Part shown: in pieces, positions 18,101 through 26,832 of the stretch
How the letters are laid out: each line of letters begins with the position of its first letter
Position numbering within the stretch: position 1 is the first letter of the stretch
Notes under the pieces: model-generated
Databases searched by the model: none
Told to the model about the DNA's origin: nothing
What the model saw: only the letters and a program-made list of their open reading frames with translations
Virus record (IMG/VR): IMGVR_UViG_3300012346_000133
Location: 1 to 39,084 of that record
Reading direction: 5' to 3' (one strand)
From: a virus
Taxonomy: Duplodnaviria; Caudoviricetes
DNA length: 39,084 nt
Made by a program: the position numbers and the translations under genes

Positions 18101-21100
18101 CCATCCTTGATTTGCCCAGTATAAAAATTCCTGTGCCATTTGATTCCAGTTGAGAGAATGGCCATTCTCTCTGTCATCAAACACTAGTCCTTGAGATGTT
18201 AACAGTGCTCCATAGCTTAACAAGAAATCAACTACGACTGTTTTGTTAGTAAACACATATCCATAAGGGACTTGTACTACATCTGCGGTATACTGGTTTG
18301 GAACAGTTACATCTTGGCCGCCAGCAGATATGGTAGTTTTTGTTCCATATGTCTTGCTAACCAATGTTTCAAAATATGGGGCAGTTAAACTGTATCCATA
18401 CACTGCATAACCGCCTTGTACAACTTGGAAAATAACTGAGCTGTAGGTTATTCTTTCAAATGCTTGATTCTTGTACAATAACAAGTTATAGCTTTCGTCA
18501 GGCAGTAACAGTCCCGAGTTTGAGCTGTTCGGGCTTGAACGTTCGGCATAAATTTTAAGATACTGTTTGTCAGTAAACGACCCAAATCTGTAACATAGTC
18601 TTACATCGAGGTTGCTGAGTGCAGTCTCAAGAGTTGCAGTACTGTTGATACCAAGCTGTCTGTTGTAATCAACAATCCAGTTGATATAACTTGCTTTGCT
18701 TGTGCCATCCCCGTATACTTGCACTCCGTTTGCATCTAAACGATAACGACCGTTATACAGATACTGATTATATTCGGTATCGTACTTGTATAAATCTCTA
18801 TCAGCAAATAAAGAGAAGAACTCTGCAGGACGAGTTAGTGCTAACAATCGCATTACTGCAAATGGGTAGCTCGAACTCTTGTTCCATGAGTATTCGACTG
18901 GGCCGCCGTCGCCAAATGTCCAGCTCTTCTGGAATTGGCTAGCATCGTAGTAACCAACTACTGAATCAAATGGGCTTAGTAGCTCTCCGCTAGGTCCCAC
19001 TGGGATTACTTTAGTCAGGCCCGGTCTTGCATATTCAGGCTTGTAGTACGTACCGGCTGGATCAGCAACCTTACCAGCAGCAAGGTCATCCCACAATACC
19101 AAGTTGTCTCTAGTATACGGAGCAGTTCCGTAAATTTCAGGCCACCATGTAGGCATTTCACTGAAGCCAAGCATTTCCCAAGGAGTAGTATTTGGACTAG
19201 TAGTGTCGTAGAAATATTGATAAATTCCTCTCCATGCACCAACGGGTAACGGGTCTTCATTAGGGCCAGTTAGAACATTACCACTGGCGCTGTAGTTCCA
19301 TGTGAACTCATTTGCAGCAATGTAATCTTGATTTTGGTAGTTAAGTTTATTCCATCCGATCCAGGACAAGAAATCAGTTGATAAGATTTGATTGACTTCG
19401 CCAAGGGTATAGTCAGTAGTGCGGAACTGTCCAGGAATAACTTCAGTGGCCGGTAACGGGATCTCACTATGTATTTTTAAGTTGTTATAAATTCTAGTTT
19501 CAAATTCTAATAACAACTGATCTCGGAAATCTCCAAACGCCATGGTGATACTACCGTCGTGTCCTCGGATCACTGTCTGAGGTGTTACATAATTTGTATC
19601 TACATATATGGCTGGGATCCATGACTGCCACAGACCCATTTTAGTTGGGGTATTTGGAACAAAGCTACCGTAAGTAGTTGCATATTCTCGAATAGTAACA
19701 ACATCACCCACTGTCAACGGCACTAACAAGGTCACTCTTGGACCGTCAGTTGACACGGTGTATTCTGTACCAATGGTTAGCAACACATCGTTAACATAAA
19801 TTAACAGTCCTGCATAGTTAGAACTAGTAAAATCGTATGTGGTTGATAAGTCAAACACATCAGTAGTCAACACAGTTACTGTGGTTACACTTTGCGTAAA
19901 CACTGAGCTAGCCGGTAACATGTCTGTCCAGTAGAAAGGACTGTTATAAGTTCTACCAGTATTAATATCCGTGATGATTGCGGTTAGCATGTCAGGGATA
20001 GTGTAATTAGTATAGTCGTTGCGAGTCGCAGTATCAAGCAACTGTGCTTTGAACTTTTCGTATTCTCGACTATTGTAATTAATTGAGTTAAACACATTAT
20101 ATTCAGTGCTTCTCATAAAGAAGCCAGCTAACGTTAGTGGTGAGCTTTGTTGAAGAATGTTCTGACCGTACGGAATAATATTGCCCAGGTCGCGTGTGTT
20201 GTTAGCGCCATTTACTTCGCCTACAATAGTTTTTAAATTTTCAGCAATAGTTTCATAATGAGCTCTAATAGTACCAAGAGTAAAATAAGTGCTGTTCTGA
20301 TTTAACGGATTGTTTTCTAAGTTAACTGGAACTTGATAAAATGCTACCTTACTTGTCTGGTCGCTTAGTGCCTCGACTTCGACTATATCTCCAACAGCAT
20401 AAGTGTTGTCTAGTGTAATAGTAGTAGAGTCAGCCGTGGTTGTTATTGTATAGGTGCCAGGGTCTTTAAACTGTGCGCCAACATATACTTGTAATGCTGG
20501 AACTGGCAACGATTCGTTTATTTTTACATCAAGTTTTAAAGAGGTGATACCATCGTATCTGAATCTAAATTGTTGACGAATAATACTCTTTGTAATTGCA
20601 GTTTGCCAACCAATTTCTTTGATAAAGTCAACGCGATTACTAAATTGTTTTACGTAACCAATGCTAATCTTTTCAACACTACTAATGTTATCTTTGGTAT
20701 ATGTAAATGTGTCTGCGTACAGGTTATTGTCAAACACAATATCGCCAACGTTGGCTAGTGCTAGATATCTTAGCGGAAATCCTAATACTGGATCTTCAAC
20801 TCCGGTTGCCGATGCATAAGAAAATAATTTACTTCCAATGAAGTTAGTACTTGGATATTTTTCTCGATTGCCTAGACTCACGCCAAGTGAGTCATACACA
20901 TCAAACAACGGCGCCTGGTTAGTAGCTGTTTTCTGCTGTGCAGTTAACCACTCAACACCGTCGTAGTAAAAACTCTTACCTTGCAAAGTGATTCCACTTA
21001 AACACACTACTGTTTGATTTACTAATATGTCGGCATCAGGGGCTGGTACCAGGTTAATTACTGGCTCAGCAATCAGCGGCTCTACAGTGTCAGGAGTAAT

Positions 21101-23335
21101 AAATTCAACTGTGTAAATTTTATTTCTAACTTGTGGATCTAAGTCTGCTGCAAAAATCACACGTGATCCATCAATTAGATTGTATCCGTCGGTAGAGTAT
21201 CCGATGCTACCATTAATTGTTCCCAATGCATCAGTAGATTCAAAGTCAATAATGTTAACTGGTGTTTTTCCTTGTGTTCCAAAATCGTATAATTTAGTGC
21301 CAGCACGGAACTCAAGAATAGGTCGCTTGCCTCTTAGCTTGTTGTCTAATACTGCCACAGTATCATTGTAGGCAGCAGACGCATTAATCACATCAATGTG
21401 GAACCAACGGTTAGATCTAGTCCAAGGGTTTAGATCTAAGCTAGCACGGTTAATTGTTAGATAGTCAGGGATCAGCGGTTGGTTTAAACTTGAATCAAAG
21501 TTTCCAACATCGTATCCAGTACTGTCGTAAGGAATACTTTCACTTTCGGTATATGTCTCGGGTGTTACAAAATTACTCACTGGTAGTAAAGTAATTGCTG
21601 TTCCGACACCTTCTACATAATATGTTTGTCCAGAATATTCTGCAGGGGTCACATCTCCAGAAAATGTAATTTTAAGTCCATTGGTGAATATTACGCCGTT
21701 TGGACTGGTGTATGTTTTCTTTCCGATGATGTCATCAACATCGAGTTGGCTAGCAGACGTCTGATCTAAGATTCTAATACGACCGAATATTTCTGGGTCA
21801 GTACCATCTTGATAGTATAATGTATCTTTGACTGCTGTTAATAATGGGATCTCAGAAAAAATTCCGGCTGCAGATTTATACCATTGTGTGGTACTGTATT
21901 GAGTACCGTACTGAATAGTAAACTTGTCAAATTGATTTACTGTTATAACATTATTCAGTGTGATATAAACTACGTTATCTAAGGTAACATATTGGATTTG
22001 CCAAACATTGTATCTTTCTGATTCGGGAATTTCAGTGGTCGAGTCGAACATATCATCAAACCCGCCGCCTAGTACCGATGTTTCCCAACCGCCAGACTGC
22101 TCTTGGAATACTAAAGTTTTTCCGTCAAGATTCTGTACTTCATCAATCCCGTTGTGTGTTGCCAAGAACAACGCTAACGGTTGATTGTTGATTTCGTTAA
22201 ATCGTAAGTTAGTTATAAAATCAACGCCACTGATAGGGTTTAGATCATAATAAAATTGTTGAGCGTTAACATCAGGCACATTAAATGTAACTGTTCCTAA
22301 GTCTTCACCGTTGTTCTCTACACCGAGCACAGTTCGCGAACTAATGTTTGGAGAAGCAATTAATTTTCCGTTAATGCCTGGGTCAACTTGGATCCAAAAC
22401 CCTGGGCCAGTGCCAGCTTGTGCATTTACAATATTGATTGTACCATGCATGTTTTGCTGAATACTAGTTGTGTAATACAACGTATCAGGTGCATCTTGTG
22501 GTACAGTAAATGTAACTGTTCCTAGCACTGCACCGTTGTTAACAATTGCAGGGGAACCGTCTGGCAGGAATTCTGTGTACTGGTTAGTGGTGCCTAGAGT
22601 TTGCGCAGTTTTAATATAGAAAGGGAAATCGCCTTTTAATGACAATGTAAACACATAAGTGTTGCCACGCACTAATTCTAATGTTGGGTTAGGTTCGTAA
22701 TCAATAACAAATGCTGATGTGCTATTGTTTGTAACACGGTAGTTAACTGTTTCTTTGTTATTTTGAGCAACGTTAAATGTGTAGTTGCCCCCGCGCAACA
22801 TAGTGATAGTAGGATTATCTCCTGCCTCGCCGGTGAAATTGTATACACCGTTCTCACGTGTGACATCAAAAGTTTGAATTAACGGAACTTCTCCGGCAAA
22901 CACGTTTACAGGATCTGGGCCACCAGGTAACCAGTAGTATTGTCCGTAGTTAACAAACTTATCAAAGTCAATAAACGGATCCCAGGTATAGTATTCACTA
23001 GTATACAATCTACCGGTATCATTTGTAAGTGCGCCAGCAAGATTTAATGCATCTGTTATTCCAGGATAGGTAATAGCATCTTTTATATCTGAGCTATTTT
23101 CTTCCTTGAGGATAACACCAGGCTCTAACTGATAGTTAGTGCGAACATCAGTTGATTCCTTGATGTACTCGTCGTTGGGGTTTACACCTGGACCAACCCG
23201 ACGTCCTACAAATCCTTGTATTTTAGTATAGTTTGGTTCTTGTATTAACTGGTCAAGAGTCGCTGCTAAAAATTGCTTGTTAGTTGTAGTTTGAAAAATC
23301 TCTGGTAGAAAATCTACACTTCTTATTCTTGCCAT
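9173..23335 (-). CDS. Giant (4720 aa) baseplate-associated structural/adhesin protein
   Basis: Uninterrupted 14.2-kb ORF directly after gp6, where T4 has gp7. Contains seven FG-GAP-like repeats, two CBM5/12-like modules, cupredoxin-like modules, GSGY repeats and many V.VNG/DY Ig-like beta modules. Confidence 0.85.
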   Translation of the reverse strand: MARIRSVDFLPEIFQTTTNKQFLAATLDQLIQEPNYTKIQGFVGRRVGPGVNPNDEYIKESTDVRTNYQLEPGVILKEENSSDIKDAITYPGITDALNLAGALTNDTGRLYTSEYYTWDPFIDFDKFVNYGQYYWLPGGPDPVNVFAGEVPLIQTFDVTRENGVYNFTGEAGDNPTITMLRGGNYTFNVAQNNKETVNYRVTNNSTSAFVIDYEPNPTLELVRGNTYVFTLSLKGDFPFYIKTAQTLGTTNQYTEFLPDGSPAIVNNGAVLGTVTFTVPQDAPDTLYYTTSIQQNMHGTINIVNAQAGTGPGFWIQVDPGINGKLIASPNISSRTVLGVENNGEDLGTVTFNVPDVNAQQFYYDLNPISGVDFITNLRFNEINNQPLALFLATHNGIDEVQNLDGKTLVFQEQSGGWETSVLGGGFDDMFDSTTEIPESERYNVWQIQYVTLDNVVYITLNNVITVNQFDKFTIQYGTQYSTTQWYKSAAGIFSEIPLLTAVKDTLYYQDGTDPEIFGRIRILDQTSASQLDVDDIIGKKTYTSPNGVIFTNGLKITFSGDVTPAEYSGQTYYVEGVGTAITLLPVSNFVTPETYTESESIPYDSTGYDVGNFDSSLNQPLIPDYLTINRASLDLNPWTRSNRWFHIDVINASAAYNDTVAVLDNKLRGKRPILEFRAGTKLYDFGTQGKTPVNIIDFESTDALGTINGSIGYSTDGYNLIDGSRVIFAADLDPQVRNKIYTVEFITPDTVEPLIAEPVINLVPAPDADILVNQTVVCLSGITLQGKSFYYDGVEWLTAQQKTATNQAPLFDVYDSLGVSLGNREKYPSTNFIGSKLFSYASATGVEDPVLGFPLRYLALANVGDIVFDNNLYADTFTYTKDNISSVEKISIGYVKQFSNRVDFIKEIGWQTAITKSIIRQQFRFRYDGITSLKLDVKINESLPVPALQVYVGAQFKDPGTYTITTTADSTTITLDNTYAVGDIVEVEALSDQTSKVAFYQVPVNLENNPLNQNSTYFTLGTIRAHYETIAENLKTIVGEVNGANNTRDLGNIIPYGQNILQQSSPLTLAGFFMRSTEYNVFNSINYNSREYEKFKAQLLDTATRNDYTNYTIPDMLTAIITDINTGRTYNSPFYWTDMLPASSVFTQSVTTVTVLTTDVFDLSTTYDFTSSNYAGLLIYVNDVLLTIGTEYTVSTDGPRVTLLVPLTVGDVVTIREYATTYGSFVPNTPTKMGLWQSWIPAIYVDTNYVTPQTVIRGHDGSITMAFGDFRDQLLLEFETRIYNNLKIHSEIPLPATEVIPGQFRTTDYTLGEVNQILSTDFLSWIGWNKLNYQNQDYIAANEFTWNYSASGNVLTGPNEDPLPVGAWRGIYQYFYDTTSPNTTPWEMLGFSEMPTWWPEIYGTAPYTRDNLVLWDDLAAGKVADPAGTYYKPEYARPGLTKVIPVGPSGELLSPFDSVVGYYDASQFQKSWTFGDGGPVEYSWNKSSSYPFAVMRLLALTRPAEFFSLFADRDLYKYDTEYNQYLYNGRYRLDANGVQVYGDGTSKASYINWIVDYNRQLGINSTATLETALSNLDVRLCYRFGSFTDKQYLKIYAERSSPNSSNSGLLLPDESYNLLLYKNQAFERITYSSVIFQVVQGGYAVYGYSLTAPYFETLVSKTYGTKTTISAGGQDVTVPNQYTADVVQVPYGYVFTNKTVVVDFLLSYGALLTSQGLVFDDRENGHSLNWNQMAQEFLYWANQGWSEGSVINLNPAAFSITAVKNQAVVESIVAQTPENGLLDQNRVSLPLNDIVIDRQENVFTVSSLTQQSIAYLDLKFTNYETMIVLDNVSIFSDLIYEPVTGARQSRMNITATVSADWNGTLDAQGFVLNDANTIKEWRSNQKYAKGEIVTYKGNYWSAQTIVQPSIEFKYDDWVKSDYTKIQRGLLQNIPNQSNQLANSYSVYNANLETDQDLVGYGLIGFRPREYMSSLNLDDISQVNLYSQFLKDKGTLRSVRLLSNANTGKEAAEYNVFENWAILKATYGANANRSFIELRLNEADLLADPSVVQVVLPQQQSQADQTILLENLWRQSYKLSSTDILPTTLTPVQDSSLPTAGYVNLDDVDITVFSLATNLSLAPGVLDTIGVGTTIWAAKINGYNWGVYRCNSVPGFVNAVSNNLNSTSVVSFTKPHGLGISDVIIIRFFDSVVDGVYHVLAVPTPTTVVVELTVPQDVTGNGVALVLQTMRVSQASDVISLPYANDLVPGAKVWVDNNGTDKWTVLEKQSPFTESIDLPYPLPIYNSKFGASISQGANNIIAAAGSPGYSTTGFGTQVGAVYAYLRDNNNQYALTTTINLGATGTLGYGNAVDIGDQNWLVAGASASNGNQGYAATIYRPSFANTFEQRQLLVAPDQDFSASKFGYAVSLSKDERWMYIGAPGANKVYAYGRVDIEEQQVKFTTTGTTAIYTFGTNIEFDVANPEQLFVVYNNKLLDYGVNYSVTADSVTLSFVPPAGQSIIISRKQSQQLDKKTFYEVAQTTTTGSGVDAEFTVVNTRGEYSATLTTTGSGYAVGNTLTIDGSTLGTENSGNTTPGDYPLAPTSPANDLTITVTEVNNTGGIVDFTISGAGITSNTVFGINPYLYTVTDIYSFTVTVDGVIQRPFIDYDFNTDSAELESDLVFNTVPAAGAIIAVSSYTYFTPVTTITVNGLADDTGFGTSITQSVDGRQILIGAPRDDSTTVDNSGSVYAFDRNTIRYIVNDSASNTFALPASWAAPVAVIVNNQYLLDSAQYINGQYSISGSTVTISIDLNVGDIIEIENNIFNLVQKINAAAPFSEDSYGAAVDMCPNSCSLYIGSPTDSTVIAQAGSVERRVNQSRVYGVTSSVANPTLTAGDTIRINNMLVTVPAVPNNTVIGLAAAITNSGIPNVSATVTNGILTLGVINFAASTPLDRLTVLPGVTGTAFTDLGFNTYAYTQTITSPYPIQSAQFGYAVNIDSEADNLVVGAPRGNIYEITTFDEGTTYFDDRSTIVSGIVIESGAVYTFDYLPGANMTISDPGKFVFGQQIYNNAIEPLDQWGTSVSYVSGRLLVGAPGSDLGDSSVNYGQVARFDNVDRKLAWTAIHTQQPVADVQLLNSVFMYDRLDSSQTHFFDFINPLQGKILGAARQNIDFITAYNPAKYNVGQLNNNGNFWAEDYVGKIWWDITSARFIDPNQDDIVYASRRWAQLFPGSSIDISQWVESNVAPANYQGPGQVLDTTSYTVKTRLNAQGVFTTTYYFWVTGLDIINTSAGKTLSTNGVARYIESPKSSGIPYIAALDANTVAIYNGLEYLSAADTILHIEYDREYTEDNIHTEYELIAQDDPESFLSANLYRKLQDSFCGVNSVGALVPDPALTIAERYGLQFRPRQSMFVNRFAALDNYLTRANTVLAQYPITESRTFILLNSSEPEPTSSSGEWNKRLANIEELGYQNIYSVPVGYKYLIASDSTNGGLWTIYTVIVDTVLVGQPRSTQLSRVQTYDTRKYWQYINWFETGYNQLTVPVAEVINYSALASLNVAVGSSVKVTFNAQQKWEIYQRTALGWNRVGLQDGTIEFKSELWNYSVGKFGFDVEVFDSQYFDQEPTIETRKIIQAINEELFVADLLIERNRQLILMFNYILSEQQAPEWLTKTSLIDVDHKIRQLLPYENYLQDNQNFVLDYINEVKPYHVQIKEFNLTYDGNDAYGGDVTDFDIPAYYNSELLVPQYISPVLLPYTESTAIGTGTPSQIADTPADAELWVKWPWNEWYNNYLLSILEVNIADAGVGYSVAPDVVVTGECVVPAVMEAVVNSAGRVVAVNIIDPGSGYSTTAVITFTGGNGVGAKAYAVMGNDLVRTIKTTIKYDRYQYSSDISEWQAGFNYDNGMQVRYDNRVWEAASTDSTGIQSEIFDPEQWTLVDASSLSGINRTQGFYTPTANEPGLELGLLLTGINYPGVQVAGVSFNQNTGFDVGNFDVNPYDNISYSPEGLPTYDPGILNAIYESFYGTPTTGPIPTGTAFTDINVEGGEYVDTYSSHAPEELIPGAEFDTLDFRVYTRQGSDWLFDGHGFREEEYDYTLDITAPAVSFADIIPYPIALIVNNETLGLELTQNVHYTVDWVNQTVLVTSGAANGEIINLSVYGLGGGNQLYRNTYIGNQIANNRIILPVEFNEVIDLAIFVNGTNTTDYTYEEYNTSQTLVIFNQSYTSTDYISLTAIGTTTSQDGSTIFDYSWSTAVTQTIIGDGSTLAFDLDNSVEFTNPANILVTVNGQRARTAAGIEYYGDGSSAFLLPQRLGFSEALISNNDVLVYINDIPQVYGTEFVLEPWTGDHRQVVFTVTPEPEDRILIAVTTNTQCRVNGTQLYFDPTQGLVPLAGDVINVTTWNDTRQQDALTQVFVGPTNITVPVSIGYDDAVYSGDAATDSFDYADGAVIQANNLVLDRTITDPTRMIVSLNGRRLFYGEDFTMSNGGTEVVLSRGLMNGTDVVMVTMFTESTVPEAMAFRVFQDMRGLQSTYRITPATSTVLVEDLGLYDDIIYVQDASSLDQPDLLGNIWGVVTINGERIMYRERNTTNNTISSLRRGTAGTARDEHRVGSLIYSLGAGEYLPQQFQDYVDSNYFLADGTTTSFTADNITFNTGETALATAAVEVYVGGSRVTTGYTISAIDPVTVVFATAPTNGYGVNILVRRGVTWYAPGAGTPSNGVPLQDTNTQAARFLRGL

Positions 23336-23337
23336 GT

Positions 23338-26300
23338 TTAAATTACTCCACTGCCGGGTGCTGTTCTAATATTCGAGCTTGTTAATGCATCGATCACTTC
23401 AACGTTATTTACTGTCGCTGCGTTTACAAAGATTTGGTTTGGTGCTGAACGAATTTCGTATAGGTCACCAAAATACTTTTGTGGGTCTAATGGTACCAGA
23501 ACAATTGAACTCACTACATCGCCCATGTTTGCATGTAGATACGCTGCAAGTTCTGAGAAGTAGAATGTGCTTCCAAAATCCCAGTTGTCAATGCTAAAAT
23601 AATTATTTAGGTTAGCCACTACTAAATTCTTAATCTCACTTACCGACGCTGTACTGTTAAATGCTCTAATTACTTTGATTGTTGCACGTAGATTTTCTTC
23701 TGCTTTTTCTCCGAACAGTGGTTTAAATTCAACGCTGTTAATAATCACCGTGTCAGAGATCATTTTATAATCTTGCAGGCCTTGATATGTAGTGGTTAAC
23801 TCATTAATTGTCGGAGGTGTAGGTTGCGGCACAGTGCCTGTTACATCTCTTACATAATTCTGATATGCTGTGTAATACTCATTGGTTACTACATACAAGT
23901 CAATGATGTTGGTTGTGCCTGGATCAATTCTAGACGTCAATGGAGAATTATGACGATACTGGAAATACAGATCTTGTCTTCCGATTCTAGCAATATACTC
24001 AGTAGTTTGTGTGAGTGTGTATACTCCAGTTACTGTGTTAATTGTGAGTTTGTAGAATGTTTGGTTCTCGATTGTATTCGCTGGAATACTGTTGTACGCA
24101 TAGAAAATCTGTCCGTCAACATATTGTGTCTTCACTAGCTCAATATCGTCTAAAGTCTGATACTCAGCGTTAACTATTCCAGCTTCGGTTAATAGATATC
24201 TTTCTAAGTTATCAAAATCCAATGTCTTTTCCAGAAATACTAACTTCAGGTTTGAGTTTACATTAGGGGCTACTATTTCATTGAAAAAGTCTGGGTTGTC
24301 AGGAATCCCGTCTACATCACTGTCTTGGAATCCAACCAATACTTGGAAATCGTCAACAAACCCGTCGCTTAAAACAGGCTGTCCTGTAATAGTTAATTTA
24401 GTGTCAGTTTCAAGTGGCAGAGCAACGTCCGGCTTACTATTTGTTTGTAATACATTAACAAAATCTTTAATAACTGTTCCAGTTCGACTATCGTATACCT
24501 GCTGGTCACCGTAGAAGAAGAATCGTGTTTGTAACACTGATCCAAAATAATACTCTAGTGCTCGGCTCTGAACTGTATAGGTGGTGCCGTCGGTTGTAAA
24601 CTGCACTAACCAAGATGCATCACTGTTTGTGCCTGATGTACTACCGGCGTTTGATTGGCTCCACGGAGCATTGGTATCGAGGTTAGTCGATGTAATCAAG
24701 TACCATGTTGCTGCGGTACCGGTAACATTGCCTGTATTATCATATCCAATACCAAAGTTTCGATTTAGCAAAATTTGATCTCGCATGCTGGTTTCAAAGC
24801 TCAGCGGCAAATCAGTTACTAAAATTGGTATTACCTGGGTTGCAATTGCACCAGTTGGGACATAGCTGTTGAGCTCAACTGGACCAAGTCCACTAGCAAG
24901 ATTACCTAGCCCGTTGTTAGTACCATCTAAATAAATCGATGTTGGGCTTGCCCAGATTACTGTTTTCTCTCCTGGTCTTGTTGGTACACCAATTTTGAGT
25001 CTGTTATTTGCATCAAAGTAATATCCTGCTGGTGCTTCAAATTTTACCAGACTACCTACAACAATGTACTTTTTAAAATCCGATGTGTAGCTGCCAAGTG
25101 GGACGGGATTCCCTGCACTATTTTGAAAATACCCCGATGTTGTGTTAGCAATGCTTGTGCTCTGATGCCACGATACACCCAAGGCCACTAGACTAGGTCT
25201 TGTAAACTTAGCAAAGTAAAATTGTTGCATCAAGCTGTTAGCTAATATCGGCTGGATCTGATTAGAAATAATGCTTGCAACTTCGTTGTTTGTTGCGTAT
25301 GTAAATTGGAAGCTAGGGCTTGCAAAATTTTCATACAACGCACCATCGCTTGAGAACACATTAGTTGATGCATATTTCCCTGTGCCATCAACTAATTCAA
25401 GATAACGGCTTGTACCGATACTTGCACGGTTTAGTGCTTTGCTCTTTAAGATTGAGTTGTATGCAGTGAACGGGAAGTTGTTATAGTCTTCGCCGTTAAC
25501 CATACGGTTTTGTGTATAGTAACGTGCAGGCGCACGTTGTTTAATTTCGTCAATGGTCTCGCGGGCTTGTGCATTTGATACAGGCGTTGTAATGCCGCAG
25601 GTAAAGCTGATTGTTTCTAGCTGTCCTGTTCGACTTACATAGCTAATTGGAATAACTATGCTCTGCATTTCACTAGGATTAATAATATATTCTAATCCAT
25701 TACTTGCACGAACATAGCAACGGAAAATACCAACTGGGATAGTCGAAAACACACCATCGCCAAATGTTAATGTAATTTGATCATTTGTTCTACTAGTAGT
25801 TGAATACAACTGTCGAAGCCCATTAGTTGTTTGCTCTGCTGCTGCGGCGTATACACTAGGAACATACGACCATTCTGATGAGATTGTACCAACATCATCA
25901 AGTTGATATAACCATCTATCCTCGTTGTTTACACCTTCGATGTTGATGTCAACTGTGCGATTGCTTACGCGGTCCGCCAAGTTAAAGTCTTGGCTTTGTA
26001 ATACGCCTTGCTTAAACAAGAAAAAGTAACCATTGTCTGCTGAGTTAAATCCCAATTGGTCATTACGGAACAACATGTTAAACTCACCGTTAGGCTGAGG
26101 GCTCGGTTCATAGATATAGTTCTTGCCCAGGGTAGAAGCATTAACTGCTTCAAATGGCATGTTGATACCATCGACTGTGGCTGTAAACGGAATTACTGGC
26201 AAGTATCCAGGTACTAGATTAACTGTATACTCTGATGTATCAACACCTAGAATAGTTTGTCGATTTGCAGGACGACCAATGCGCTGGTTAGATACCAGAC

Positions 26301-26787
26301 TAGCATTGATAATTGCAGTGAATTGTTCCTGCCAGTTAAAGTTAGTTGGGTCAGCCCAGTTAACAGTAACGTTGGCTAAGTTAATACCGTTGATATCGGT
26401 TACACTTTCTGTAGTAGTCACAGAAAAGACCTTAAGGTATCCAGACGATGCAGTATTTCTCTTTGGTGTGTAACTGACCAAGTTTGCTAGACGAACAACA
26501 CTATCTCTACGTTCGGCTGTGTCAATATAGTTTTCTCTAGCATTTAAATCATTACGGAAAGCAAGTGCTTGTCCCATAAACGCCATGACATCGAGCAAAG
26601 CAATAAACTCGCTTGACTCGATATAATCGTTAAATGTTTCTGGGTAGTAGAGACGTAGATAATCTACAAAACTTTTTCGTAGGGTCTCAAAGTCGTAGCT
26701 TTGAAAGTCTGCTTCTCTATAGGTTTGATAGATTCGTTTCCAATCTTCAACCCCAAAAATAGCTGTTTGTCTAGTAGTCTTTGCCAT
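23338..26787 (-). CDS. gp6: Baseplate wedge subunit, T4 gp6-like
   Basis: DFETLRKSFVDYLR...FNDYIESS...LLDVMA...ENYIDTAERRDSVVRLA...YTPK, LTFGDGVF and ETIDEIKQRAPARYYTQNRMVNGEDY are baseplate J/gp6 hallmarks. Confidence 0.92.
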   Translation of the reverse strand: MAKTTRQTAIFGVEDWKRIYQTYREADFQSYDFETLRKSFVDYLRLYYPETFNDYIESSEFIALLDVMAFMGQALAFRNDLNARENYIDTAERRDSVVRLANLVSYTPKRNTASSGYLKVFSVTTTESVTDINGINLANVTVNWADPTNFNWQEQFTAIINASLVSNQRIGRPANRQTILGVDTSEYTVNLVPGYLPVIPFTATVDGINMPFEAVNASTLGKNYIYEPSPQPNGEFNMLFRNDQLGFNSADNGYFFLFKQGVLQSQDFNLADRVSNRTVDINIEGVNNEDRWLYQLDDVGTISSEWSYVPSVYAAAAEQTTNGLRQLYSTTSRTNDQITLTFGDGVFSTIPVGIFRCYVRASNGLEYIINPSEMQSIVIPISYVSRTGQLETISFTCGITTPVSNAQARETIDEIKQRAPARYYTQNRMVNGEDYNNFPFTAYNSILKSKALNRASIGTSRYLELVDGTGKYASTNVFSSDGALYENFASPSFQFTYATNNEVASIISNQIQPILANSLMQQFYFAKFTRPSLVALGVSWHQSTSIANTTSGYFQNSAGNPVPLGSYTSDFKKYIVVGSLVKFEAPAGYYFDANNRLKIGVPTRPGEKTVIWASPTSIYLDGTNNGLGNLASGLGPVELNSYVPTGAIATQVIPILVTDLPLSFETSMRDQILLNRNFGIGYDNTGNVTGTAATWYLITSTNLDTNAPWSQSNAGSTSGTNSDASWLVQFTTDGTTYTVQSRALEYYFGSVLQTRFFFYGDQQVYDSRTGTVIKDFVNVLQTNSKPDVALPLETDTKLTITGQPVLSDGFVDDFQVLVGFQDSDVDGIPDNPDFFNEIVAPNVNSNLKLVFLEKTLDFDNLERYLLTEAGIVNAEYQTLDDIELVKTQYVDGQIFYAYNSIPANTIENQTFYKLTINTVTGVYTLTQTTEYIARIGRQDLYFQYRHNSPLTSRIDPGTTNIIDLYVVTNEYYTAYQNYVRDVTGTVPQPTPPTINELTTTYQGLQDYKMISDTVIINSVEFKPLFGEKAEENLRATIKVIRAFNSTASVSEIKNLVVANLNNYFSIDNWDFGSTFYFSELAAYLHANMGDVVSSIVLVPLDPQKYFGDLYEIRSAPNQIFVNAATVNNVEVIDALTSSNIRTAPGSGVI

Positions 26788-26805
26788 ATTCGTTCCGTAT
26801 TCTTT

Positions 26806-26811
26806 TATTTA
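26806..26811 (-). promoter_or_regulatory. Putative late promoter box TAAATA
   Basis: CATAAATA in the intergenic gap, 18 nt upstream of the gp6 ATG. Confidence 0.62.
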
Positions 26812-26832
26812 TGGAACTTAAAAACGGCTCAG

